DNA of 64,000 nt from Paraspadella gotoi (Eukaryota > Animalia > Chaetognatha). The position numbers and the translations under genes were made by a program. Below are positions 14,112-56,900 of the stretch, one piece after another; the first letter of the stretch is position 1, and the number at the start of each line of letters is the position of its first letter. The stretch is from contig CM119268.1 in NCBI GenBank assembly GCA_051294375.1, positions 21,449,048 through 21,513,047 of the forward strand, in the 5' to 3' direction. The notes beneath the pieces are model-generated. The model did no database searches. It was not told the DNA's origin and saw only the letters and a list, made by a program, of their open reading frames with translations.

Positions 14112-16543
14112 TTTCTTTCTTTCTTTTCTATGCTCACCGTATCCCTTCAAGTGGTTCGTCGCTCTGAGCAGACGCTTCCGTCTATTTGCGGCATCATCGC
14201 AGCATTTATATCCTTTGAGGCATTCGCAGTGATCCTCTGCACGTATTCGGGCATCCAGCGGTGCTCGGGGCATTCCGCCTCGTGGTCGAGAAAGGCGGAT
14301 GGCCGCAGATGGAAGAGCAATGGAGGAGGAGAGGAGGAGGAGGAGAAGAGGAAGAGGAGGAGGTAGAGGAGGTCTCGCTTGATTGGTGATGATGATTGCT
14401 GTGGCTGGAGGATCAGCATGCTGTCCCGTTAATTTACCATGGCTGGAGAAGCACCATGCTGTCCCGTTGATTCATCATGGTTTGAGAATGGGCATGGTGC
14501 CCGTTAAATGAGAATGGCTGGAGGTTTCGGCATGGTGCCCTGTTGTTGACCATGGCCTGGCGACCTTCCGATGCCGACGAGACCTGCGAAGGTGATGCCG
14601 ATCATCGCCCGATTTTTGACGATTGCCCGAAGTCTGATGATGACTGAGTCGCTATGGACAACGTCATGAATGGATGAAGAATGAGCCTCCACTCGATGAT
14701 GGAAAGATGATCCATCGTCCTTGATGAGCACCCTTAAACGGTTGCGGGAATCACGTGATTGAAAATCTGTGAAGGTCCATCTTTGTTGTCGCCGTCGTTG
14801 TTCATGTGAGTGATTTTTCCGTCACCAATGAAGTCGTTTCTGGTAGATCTTCGTCAAATGTTTTTTGGTGAATCGAGGACATTTTTGTTTTCACCGGAAA
14901 TCGATGCGTGATCCTTTTCGTTGGCCAAAGAAGATGGGTTCTGGCCAGGGTCATCATGGGCTTATTGGCCATGGTCATCGTTGGCTTCATGGCGATGATT
15001 CCACTTTATCTGCTGATCGGTTGTTGCCACAACGTGGTCCATTGGCTTTTTCTCAGCCTTAAGATTTGAGAGGTTCTCGTTGGCTTTCTCGTCAATTTAT
15101 TGTCATCCACGTGCAGATGTGAGGCTTCTGCTTTGCCTTCCACAATGGTGGCTCTTGGCAACCATATGCAATGTATCCGCTTTTTCATTCGATGTAGCTG
15201 TCGTTGCTACGCCAGTTATTGGCAATGACGAAGGTTTTTCGTCCACTTTCATTATTGGCGTTTTATGCATGGCCACTACTTTTTCGTTAGTTTTTCATCA
15301 TTGTGTCTTTCTGCCACATGATGCGGTTTTACGTCGCCGTCATCATTGGAGTTTTGGACATTGGTACAACTTTTCATTTGTCTTCGACATTGTCGCTTCC
15401 CCGGCCAATGGCATGACTACGGCTTCATCCGCCTTCATCATTGATCTTTTCCAGTCGACGTCATGGGCAACACCTTCTCGGTTGTCTTCATCTTTTATCG
15501 GAATGAGGTCGGGTTCCATCATCGCTTCACTCAGTGACTCTTCTTCGTTTGTGAATTTAAGTTTGGGAGAGACGATGGAAGATTCTTTGTCTCTATCTCG
15601 CGATAACGGGCTTCCTGGAATTAAGGGAAAAAGTTGAGAATATTGGGCCATATTTTTCAAAATGCGACACATTCAGAATGAATTCGAAGGTAAATTAGGT
15701 TAAATTAGGGTTAGGGAGAGAATACGGATTAGGTTAGGGATTAGGGTTAGGATTTGGTTAGGGAGAGATAGGTATTAGGTTAGGGATTAGGGTTAGGATT
15801 TGGTTAGAGAGAAGGGATTAGGTTTAGGGATTAGGATGGGATTTGGTTAGAGAGATAGGGATTAGGTTTGGAATTAGGGTAGGGATTTGGTTTGTTTGAG
15901 TGAGAGATTAGGCTTAGATATTAGTAATGATTAGGAAACGATACCAAATACTATTAAAGATTCTGTTATAAAATTGTTTTAACTCTTTTATAATTTAGTA
16001 TTTATTTAAAATCTTTCTAATTATTAACAAAATTAAAACTTTATTACAAAAGACGAGAACGTTGGCAAAAAAACAAAATAAAACAAAATTGAAGATTCTT
16101 ACCGGATAATTTCCAAAGTATGATCTTCTGTCGAATTCTTCTTTCGGCTCCTAAAAAAGTTAGTAACAGTATAATAATATAGGTTAACAGCTGAGAATAT
16201 ACAAACATCAGCATCGGGAACGAACCTATTCATATTAAAACGGTACTTAAATATAATTAGTTATTTATTTATTCTTTTTATGTTAAAGATGAATTTCACA
16301 ACAAAAAAAAACCAAAAAAAAAAAACAGTTGATCGAAAAAACAGTTTTATCAATTACATCCGGTATTTTTTGACCAATTAAACTACATCCGGGTATTTTT
16401 TAGACCACGTCAATTACATCCGGATTTCCTTTACCACTCCTATAACATCCGGGCTCTTACCGTGAGAGTCGACGACGACGAGAAGAAGACGAAGAGAAGA
16501 AAAGGACGAAAATCATCGTCCAATTTCGTTTGGGTTTTCTCAT
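9588..16543 (-). pseudogene. Inverted, 3'-truncated, frameshift-riddled copy of the 5' part of the Kazal/PLAT gene (exon 1 to mid Kazal 4); pseudogene/paralog or assembly chimera
   Basis: ATG at 16543 on the - strand, same exons and splice sites as the + copy, many 1-nt indels. It ends inside the 4th Kazal exon next to a G-rich run and an N gap. Confidence 0.75.
11400..12360. repeat. (CCGA)n/(GTCG)n compound microsatellite in an intron of the inverted copy
   Basis: Direct reading: ccgaccgaccga... with gatcgactta variants. Confidence 0.95.
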
Positions 16544-16848
16544 TTTTTATTTTAAATTTAATGTTTTTGGTTATAAATAATAAATAATGATAATGAGATC
16601 AGAGTCCCGATCTCTCATGGAGTCGGGTGAGGTTCTTTTCTCTCTCCTTCATTTGGTAAGGGTCTCTGTCTCTGTCTCTCTCACTTTCCGCAGCTCAAAA
16701 AAAGGTGAGGGCGTCGCCGCAAAAATGACGACGACGTCGAACGAAAAAAGCATCGACGCCCTTTCACTTACCCCGATCGCTTTTCAACGGGTGGGTTTTC
16801 TTTCGCGAAGGATCGTAAATTAGTCTCTCTCTCTCTTCTCTCTCTCTC

Positions 16849-16911
<63 letters not shown>

Positions 16912-17136
16912 TCTCTCTTTATTTGCGAAACCAGTTCCTTTATTATATATATTTAATTTGTCAAGATTGTTTTTAGTTTAACACAATATAATTTCAAAAC
17001 GGAATCTAATTATTAACAAACTGTCAAACATGGAAATTAAATTTGAAAAAAATATAAGCAGCTTGATCAATTAAAATTAAGTTAATGTCTCGGAGGTTAT
17101 CGACTCAGCTCGTTTCTTCTCGTCTCTCTCTCTCTC

Positions 17137-17213
<77 letters not shown>

Positions 17214-17523
17214 ATACAATTACGTAAATAAAAAGTGGGAGTAAAAAGTACCTGAAATATGGAGAAAAATTAAATATAGGAAAAAAAGCCTACAATTGAT
17301 ATAAAAATAAAACTAGTATATAAAAATGGCGAAATGAAACGTCAGTACTTAAACATATTTTAAATTGCCTTTTTTAAAATTAAATTAGTTTTGTTTTCTT
17401 GTTTAAACTCTAGATTTTGAAAATTAAATCGCCAACCCTAGCGAATTTAATTTAAGGGAAAAAAAACAGTAAAAAATATTCGACCCTTCGAAACGTCCTC
17501 TCTCCGCAGGGGGCTAGTGAGAG

Positions 17524-17561
<38 letters not shown>

Positions 17562-18008
17562 TTGTAAACCTCTAATAAAATTGGATCGGTCCTCAACGTA
17601 AGATTTAAAAACTAGTTATCGGTTCCATTTGAATTGCGTCGACGTCTGGTTGCGCGCAAAATTCTGCGAGATTCATTTGTTGATTACAAATGTTTTTAAA
17701 AAGTCCCGCTACGAGTCGGAGGAACAAGTCAGGAAAACTTATTTAAACAAAACAGCAATTATTTATTCTATATGTATCATTGAAGAAAGACGAAGAAACT
17801 GATAAAATTTATGTTTGTTTTGTTTGTTATGTTCTTAGGTTCGTGATAAAATCACCGTGATAAATTAGTGTATTTTTACAACTTCGGTTTTCAGACATTA
17901 CAAATACAAATGTAATATATCAGTGTGGCAGTTTATTTACATTTGTTTAGATTTTGTAATAGTCAAGAGATAATTTGAACTCTTTGCTTTTTAGATTGTC
18001 AACGAAGA

Positions 18009-18656
18009 GTCCTATGGTGGACTATAATCCACCAACCGTTCATCAGCGGCCATTGTGCCGGAGGCAAGCCATCGCCTCCCAACCCAAAGGCGCGGGGTCT
18101 CTAGCCCGGTGGTCGTCTGGCAGTTAAGAGGGACGGGCGCTTTAACCGCCTGTAACACGGGTGTTACAGCTTGATCCGAAGCTCATGGACTGCTTATATT
18201 GAACGGTTCTGTCACTAACTCATAACAATAATTACGTCTCTTCATTGGTGAGCCGACTTCGAACACAACAGCAACAACAATACTTTCAGGCGACATGCCT
18301 CAACCTGGCGATGCACTTTCACCCACAACACATCAGGCGACATGCTCAACTTTGGTGACGATCTTTCCACCAACAACAACAATTCACTGAAGAGACGCAA
18401 CAGACTTCTCCTACGGAGGGGGGATGTATGGTGGACTAAAATCCACAAACGTTCATCAGTGGCCATTGGTGCCGGAGGCAAGTCATCGCCTCCCAACCCA
18501 AAGGTCCGGGTTTTAGCCGGTGGTCGTCTGGCAGTTAAGAGGGACGGGGCGCTTAACCCGCCTGTAACATGGTGTTACAGCCTGGTCCGAAGCTCAGCTT
18601 ACATTGAACGGTTCTGTCCACCAACACATAACAAATATCACTGTCTCTTCAGTCCT
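18009..18656 (+). mobile_element. TRIM-like miniature LTR retrotransposon (LTRs ~18014-18244 and 18425-18651)
   Basis: Two ~230-bp direct repeats. The 3' LTR is TG...CA. PBS-like TGGTGAGCCGA at 18246, polypurine tract GGAGGGGGGA at 18415-18424, 5-bp TSD GTCCT at 18009-18013 and 18652-18656, ~180-bp non-coding interior. Confidence 0.85.
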
Positions 18657-18881
18657 ATATTAAAACCAAAGAATTAACTTTCCAGGATTCTTTGCTGTTT
18701 TGTTTAAATAAGTTTTCCTGACTTGTTCCTCCGACGAGCGGGACTTTTTAAAAACATTTGTAATCAACAAATGAATCTCGCAGAATTTTGCGCGCAACCA
18801 GACGTCGACGCAATTCAAATGGAACCGATCACTAGTTTTAAATCTTACGTTGAGGACCGATCCAATTTTATTTAGAGGTTT

Positions 18882-18918
<37 letters not shown>

Positions 18919-20190
18919 NNNNNNNNNNNNNNNNNNNNNNNNNNNNNNNNNNNNNNNNNNNNNNNNNNNNNNNNNNNNNNNNNNNNNNNNNNNNNNNNNN
19001 NNNNNNNNNNNNNNNNNNNNNNNNNNNNNNNNNNNNNNNNNNNNNNNNNNNNNNNNNNNNNNNNNNNNNNNNNNNNNNNNNNNNNNNNNNNNNNNNNNNN
19101 NNNNNNNNNNNNNNNNNNNNNNNNNNNNNNNNNNNNNTAGAGTTTAAAACAAGAAAACAAAACTAATTTAATTTTAAAAAGGCAATTTAAAATATGTTTA
19201 AGTACTGACGTTTCATTTCGCCATTTTTATATACTAGTTTTTATTTTTATATCAATTGTAGGCTTTTTTTCCTATATTTAATTTTTTTCTCCATATTTCA
19301 GGTACTTTTTACTCCCACTTTTTATTTACGTAATTGTATNNNNNNNNNNNNNNNNNNNNNNNNNNNNNNNNNNNNNNNNNNNNNNNNNNNNNNNNNNNNN
19401 NNNNNNNNNNNNNNNNNNNNNNNNNNNNNNNNNNNNNNNNNNNNNNNNNNNNNNNNNNNNNNNNNNNNNNNNNNNNNNNNNNNNNNNNNNNNNNNGAGAG
19501 AGAGAGAGAGAGAGAGAAACGAGCTGAGTCGATAACCTCCGAGACATTAACTTAATTTTAATTTGATTCAAGCTGCCTTATATTTTTTNNNNNNNNNNNN
19601 NNNNNNNNNNNNNNNNNNNNNNNNNNNNNNNNNNNNNNNNNNNNNNNNNNNNNNNNNNNNNNNNNNNNNNNNNNNNNNNNNNNNNNNNNNNNNNNNNNNN
19701 NNNNNNNNNNNNNNNNNNNNNNNNNNNNNNNNNNNNNNNNNNNNNNNNNNNNNNNNNNNNNNNNNNNNNNNNNNNNNNNNNNNNNNNNNNNNNNNNNNNN
19801 NNNNNNNNNNNNNNNNNNNNNNNNNNNNNNNNNNNNNNNNNNNNNNNNNNNNNNNNNNNNNNNNNNNNNNNNNNNNNNNNNNNNNNNNNNNGAGAGAGAG
19901 AGAGAGACTTAATTACGATCCTTCGCGAAAGAAAACCCACCCGTTGAAAAGCGATCGGGTAAGTGAAAGGGCGTCGATGCTTTTTCGTTCGACGTCGTCG
20001 TCATTTTGCGGGCGACGCCCTCACCTTTTTTTGAGTGCGGAAAGTGAGAGAGACAGAGACAGAGACACCTTACCAAATGAAGGAGAGAGGAAAAGAAACC
20101 TCACCCGACTCCATCGAGAGATCGGGACTCTGATCTCATTATCATTATTATTATTATTAATAACAAAAACAATTAAATTAAAATTAAAAA

Positions 20191-50966
<30,776 letters not shown>

Positions 50967-53499
50967 TGTCGCCTTAATCCACGGGAAAAGACAAAGTTTC
51001 AGCAAACTTTACTAAAACAGGACAACTTAACAAGAAAAAATACAAATTTTCAAGTTTAACATTACATTGTTTTACCCTTTCCTTTTGTATTTTTCTGAAT
51101 TCCTGTAGTCGCTCTGTTAATAGTTAATTTTTTTAATGTTTCCTTCTGCATCTTGATCATATTTATTTTTAGATACAAACAATTGAACAATAAAACGTTC
51201 AAAACCGGAACTGCTAAGAAAATTTGAGAGATTGAGAACATGTATGATACTTATCTAATTTTAAGTTATTTTGAGTGAAAAGGACACTCTTTTTTATCTA
51301 GTTTATTTTTTATACCGGTAGTTAGCTTATTTCAGAAAAAAGTACAGGAATAAAAGCTGGTTGGAGGGTGTTGGAAAATCTGTGGATTCAAAGACTTGAG
51401 GCTGAGTGCTGATCGCGTTAGAAAATCTGGGTGCTATTTTCCGAATGTGCCCCATTTCTGTTCCTAATCCCTGAATTTAATTTAATTTTTATTTTTATTT
51501 TTTACTAACATTTGTATAATTTCTTTCTTTCATTGTGTTTGGAAATTTGTTTGAAGGAAGAAAATTTATTTTGTTTACAAACAACGAATTTAATGGGAAA
51601 CATTAATAACAGACAAGTTTTTACTTATAAGCAAGCCTTCATCAGCGCAAATTTAAAAAAGTCAAAACATATTTGTTATTAATGTTACAAATTAAATTCA
51701 TTGTTTGTAACAAAATACATTTTCTTTCTTCAAATAAGATCTTTTACTAAAAATGTTATTTAATCCCTAACCCTAATCCTAATTTTAATTCCACATCCCT
51801 AATTTTTAACTATAATCCTCAACCTTATTTCCTAAGCCTAAAACCTAATCTTTAACCTTAATGCCGAACCAAAACTACAACCTAATCATTAACTTAATCC
51901 CTATCCTTAATCCCTAACCTAATGCTTAACTTAATTCTTATTATTAACTTTTAATATTAGTTTTAAACTAACTGTATTCAGAATTCAAATCGAAATGGAG
52001 CGCTTTTGAATATTATATTATGGGTGAATTGATGAGATTTTGGGAACGTGATGTCTGTACGGTTAGAAAAGTGCGTACAAAAGGGACTTTTAAGTTTTAA
52101 GTTTTTTAAATGGACGTGATGACGCTTTTTAAATAAGCTCCAAGAATTAGGTAGGATAATTATTAATTAATCATGCATTGACAAAACGCGTAAAACTTGA
52201 TCGTTTTGAAAAGAGAGAATTTTTGGATTTTCTTCCTCTGATTCTTCGACACATCGATTAGAACGTCATTTTTGGGAGTGTTAAGCTCCATTTTTTATGA
52301 ACTTTATACATAAAATTGAAAAATAGTGATAAGAAAAGCAAACAATTGTGAAGCTGAATTTTAAAAACGGATAAGTAGATTCTTTGATTAACGTTTGGGC
52401 CTTTTTAATCATCGATGCCCCCTCGAATATGACGGTGCAGCGAATATCTCTTGCTCTCTCCGGCTTGATGATTAAGAATCAGGATTTGTATTAGGATTGA
52501 CAAAAACGACGACGATAATTTGAACGATGGATTAATTGTTTAGGGTTTCGGTTAGGGATAAGGTTAGTTTAAGGGATAGATATTAGGGATTAGGGTTGGG
52601 ATTAGGGTTAGGGATTAGGATTGTGATTAAGGGTGGGATTAGGGTAAGGGATTAGGGTCATTTTTCCCGACGCTACTTTTGCAACAATAAAATTGTGGCT
52701 TGCTGGATGAAAGAAAGAATTAAGTCTCCGTCAGGATCGGGATCGACAGAAACGACGACGATAATTTGAACGATGGAGGAAGCAGTAGCGACGGTGAGAG
52801 CGACGACAAAAGGAGTGACGCATAAAACGACGATGGAAGTTATAAAAGATACAATTTTTGTGCATGTGTTTGAGTCCGCTGCTTCAGGACCCGCAGCAAG
52901 GGGGCTTCTTTGAAAAAAAGTGCCATTTGTTCACCACAACTCCGTTGTTACTAGAAACTAATTATAAACTAAATTAAATAATTGAAGAGTCATAATAAAT
53001 GTAAAAAAAGAGTTTATTCTCGTTTCTGTATTCGAAAAAAAATGATAAAAAGAAAAAACATTAAAAAAACAGGTTTACTCGATCCCCCGCGTTTGTTGAC
53101 CAAGAAAATAAAAAATAAAAAAAAAATTATTTATTGATCGACGAAGGAAAGAAAGAAAGAAAGAAAAACGGGTAATTGCATTGACGAGTAAAAAATTGTG
53201 TACAAGAATTTTAAATTTAACACGATTCATTGAAATATAAATAAATAATAAACTTTAAAAAAGAGGTACGTAGGCGATTTGAAATAACTTTTTATATGAA
53301 ATTGGTACAACCAATATAATATTAACCATTCATTTAATAAATAAGCTATCTTGCCCCTGACTTTGGACAGGCTTTGGTGGTTTAAGGCCTGAATAAGTTC
53401 TGTTCAACATTTTCGGCATCGATGATCAAATGATGCAATGTTATTCTCAAGTTTTATCCCTTAAAGATGAACAACAAAATGTGAGGGAAACCCGCAGTC

Positions 53500-54170
53500 T
53501 TAAATGATGACAATTTTATATGATGCAGATTTCTCAATTGGTAAAAACTTGAATTATGACTCTGATTATTGATACTATGATTTTAATCCTAGTTACAAAC
53601 GGAATAAAGATTTTCGTTTGAAAATTAGAGATTTCGAAGACCTTGAAATCAATCGCCCAAAAAAAACATTTATGACCCTGAGGTCATTCGGCCACTTTAA
53701 CCCTTCGCCCATCCCCGTTGGCTCAGGACAGGACGGCATGTGTTCCTCACCCACAATCTGAACTTAAGTAACAACAATTCAAGACCGTGATGTAAAGATA
53801 ATAATAATATTTTTTTATCTATTTTTTGTTTGTTTCTGTTGTCTGTTATTGCGTGGAAAAGAAGAATAAATTAGTAATTTTAACTTTTATTTTTCAGGTC
53901 ACCCACTTGACTGGCGACGAAACTGCCAAAGTCCAAAGTCTACTCTTCCCACCACACATCCCCCACACTTCTTGTGGTCAACATGTGGAACCCGAAATTT
54001 CGGTTTCCGCCGAAGACGAAGGAAGTTGAATTCTCGATAATGGAAGATTATTACTACGACTCTGAATATCTGGACTGGAAAAGGAGAGCCTGCAATAAAG
54101 ACACGCTGGAAGCCTCGACCGAGCCCATATTGCGTAGCAGGAAAGTAGAGAGAGAGGGGGTGTAGGGAGG

Positions 54171-54205
<35 letters not shown>

Positions 54206-54945
54206 TTCTACGTTATTATATTTTTATTTGCCTTCCTCAGAGTAAATCCGAAAGAATACCCCAAATTTGAAGAATGGGAAAGAATCCACAGAGGTTATTT
54301 CTCGTTTCCATCGGAGAAGCTATTTTTAGTCACGGCTGCAGACTTACAGACTGTCCGTGTCTGACTATCCGTCTGTATTTCGCCAAGTCTGTGTTCATTA
54401 AGTGAAATAGAGTATAAATCGTTACGGAAAATGGCGCTGGAGTCTAAATTATGCTTTTTCAGAGATCTAATGAAAAAAGAGTAATATTAGTTCTGAATGA
54501 GAAAGAGGTACACCTAAAAGTTAAGAGAAATGTTGTTGAAGAGACATCATATGCACAGGAGATAGTAATATTATGTAATGATGAAAGAGAAAGAAATAGA
54601 ATGCGGAAACCAGAAGGGCATAAAGAAAAATATGATTATAATACGTATAAAGGTTACAAGATTTACCATATTTTTGGGAAAAAAATGTTTATTTATTTAA
54701 TTTTAGCATATTTGTAAATATTTTAAGGGGTGAGAGAGGTTGTCTTCTAGATATATAACACAATGTTAATAAACTTTCTGTCTGGTATTTCCATATAAAA
54801 TACATACATGTAATAAATAAAGTTTAACTTTACTTAATCCTGATTCTTTATGACTTTTATTTTCACTTTCTTAACTTCTAGAAGTCAAGTTTGATGACGA
54901 GTTCTTGAAACCAAAATCAATTTTGGAGGAAATGAACAAAAGGAT
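53500..54945 (+). pseudogene. Fragmentary spliced gene or pseudogene of unknown family (exon-like blocks ~53500-53790, 53898-54144, 54241-54293, 54882-54945)
   Basis: AG/GT-bounded codon-like blocks: ...FAHPRWLRTGRHVFLTHN..., LVVNMWNPKFRFPPKTKEVEFSIMEDYYYDSEYLDWKRRAC..., VNPKEYPKFEEWERIH, VKFDDEFLKPKSILEEMNKR. Contains stops and frameshifts. Confidence 0.4.
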
Positions 54946-55204
54946 GTGAGTACTAGAATTAACTGGGTTTTTCAAAAACCAGAAGGGAAAATTAAATTTT
55001 ATTTAACATGTATTTTTTAATAACCTTTAAAATTATTTTTTAAAGATCCAGCTATCCTTTTGAATTTTAATTTTAATTTTAATTTTTTTAAATTTTTAAT
55101 CTACAACAAGGAATAAACTATAAAGAATATTAGAAGAAAGAAGATTAGTCTTAAAGTAATCAGATTTCTTCATGTTCAGCTTTACGGTAGAGTATTACAT
55201 TTTA

Positions 55205-56900
55205 AACAAGTTTGAGCAAACAATGTCGGTTCTGCCTACGATAATTACGCTAATTACGATAATCAGCTAATCAGATGATAAATGACGATAATTCTTTCAA
55301 TTTGTGATCATAACAGATCGTACCATGCCAAACCAATGGCTGCGCATATACATGTAAATCGCTTGCAAGTGATTAAACTGAACTGCACCATTTTTCCACT
55401 TGCATCATTTTTTTACTTGCATCATTTTTTTAATTTGCAACATTTTTTTAATTCGCACATTTTTTCAACTTGCACCATTTTTTTAACTTACATCATTTTT
55501 TCAACTTGTATCATTTTTTAATTTAATTAATTAATCAATTAATTAACTAATTAAAACATTTATGAGTAAGCATAAATAATAAAATTTCAAGTCAACTTTT
55601 TTCATGCAAACTCATTTCCACTCCTCGATTCCATCTAAACTTTATATTCTACTTAATCACACACTTTCCTACCCACACACAAAATTTCATCTCAATCTAT
55701 CCACCCAATTATTATTAATTAGTGTAATTTTGTGTTAAAATTAGTAAAAAGATTTAAGTAAACGTGACTTATGTTTTTTNNNNNNNNNNATTTTTTTAAC
55801 TTGCAACATTTTTTTAATTCGCACATTTTTTCAACTTAAACCATTTTTTTAACTTACATCATTTTTTCAACTTGTATCANNNNNNNNNNNNNNNNNNNNN
55901 NNNNNNNNNNNNNNNNNNNNNNNNNNNNNNNNNNNNNNNNNNNNNNNNNNNNNNNNNNNNNNNNNNNNNNNNNNNNNNNNNNNNNNNNNNNNNNNNNNNN
56001 NNNNNNNNNNNNNNNNNNNNNNNNNNNNNNNNNNNNNNNNNNNNNNNNNNNNNNNNNNNNNNNNNNNNNNNNNNNNNNNNNNNNNNNNNNNNNNNNNNNN
56101 NNNNNNNNNNNNNNNNNNNNNNNNNNNNNNNNNNNNNNNNNNNNNNNNNNNNNNNNNNNNNNNNNNNNNNNNNNNNNNNNTACCCACACACAAAATTTCA
56201 TCTCAATCTATCCACCCAATGAGTGTAATTTTGTGTTAAAATTAGTAAAAAGATTCAAGTAAAAGTGACTTATGNNNNNNNNNNNNNNNNNNNNNNNNNN
56301 NNNNNNNNNNNNNNNNNNNNNNNNNNNNNNNNNNNNNNNNNNNNNNNNNNNNNNNNNNNNNNNNNNNNNNNNNNNNNNNNNNNNNNNNNNNNNNNNNNNN
56401 NNNNNNNNNNNNNNNNNNNNNNNNNNNNNNNNNNNNNNNNNNNNNNNNNNNNNNNNNNNNNNNNNNNNNNNNNNNNNNNNNNNNNNNNNNNNNNNNNNNN
56501 NNNNNNNNNNNNNNNNNNNNNNNNNNNNNNNNNNNNNNNNNNNNNNNNNNNNNNNNNNNNNNCATGCATACTATCTACAAACAAACACATAATCTTAATG
56601 CTTTAGGTAAAACTGTATTCTCGTACATTTATCTCGTGTCATTTAATGCTTTTTTTCTCCAAAACATATTTCCAATCCAACCATCCAATCACGAGTAATT
56701 GGAGTTTTTTGCTAAGGGGGGATGGACAAACAGACGGACGGTCAGACTGACGGACGGGCATCTTTTTTTTGCATAATTTATCATAATTTGATATCCTGAC
56801 ATTTAAGTTAATGCCCGACAAGATTGAGGGGGTGGACCGACAGACCGACAAAGTGAATTATAGAGTCAGAATCTGCTGATAAGCAGACCCGACTAAAAAT
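55205..56900 (+). mobile_element. Helentron/HINE (DINE-1-like) element; inverted partial copies at ~58020-58260 and ~59075-59480
   Basis: 5' AACAAGTTTGAGCAAACAATGTCGGTTCTGC, internal TTTTTCAACTTGCA.CA repeats, GACG/GACA microsatellite, and 3' hairpin AATCTGCTGATAAGCAGACCCGAC whose GCAGACCCGAC pairs with the 5' GTCGGTTCTGC. Confidence 0.6.

Larger units (their letters stand above)
9588..17758 (-). repeat. Left arm of a giant inverted duplication (mirror of 18692-27756)
   Basis: Reverse-complement identity of exons, introns and microsatellites across the arm, e.g. 17560-17758 vs 18692-18890, 14140-15620 vs 21134-22650, 9600-10560 vs 26800-27750. Confidence 0.95.

Noticed and set aside
18660-19940. 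Long ORFs containing X runs (also 55854-56606)
   Set aside because: They are artefacts of N gaps.
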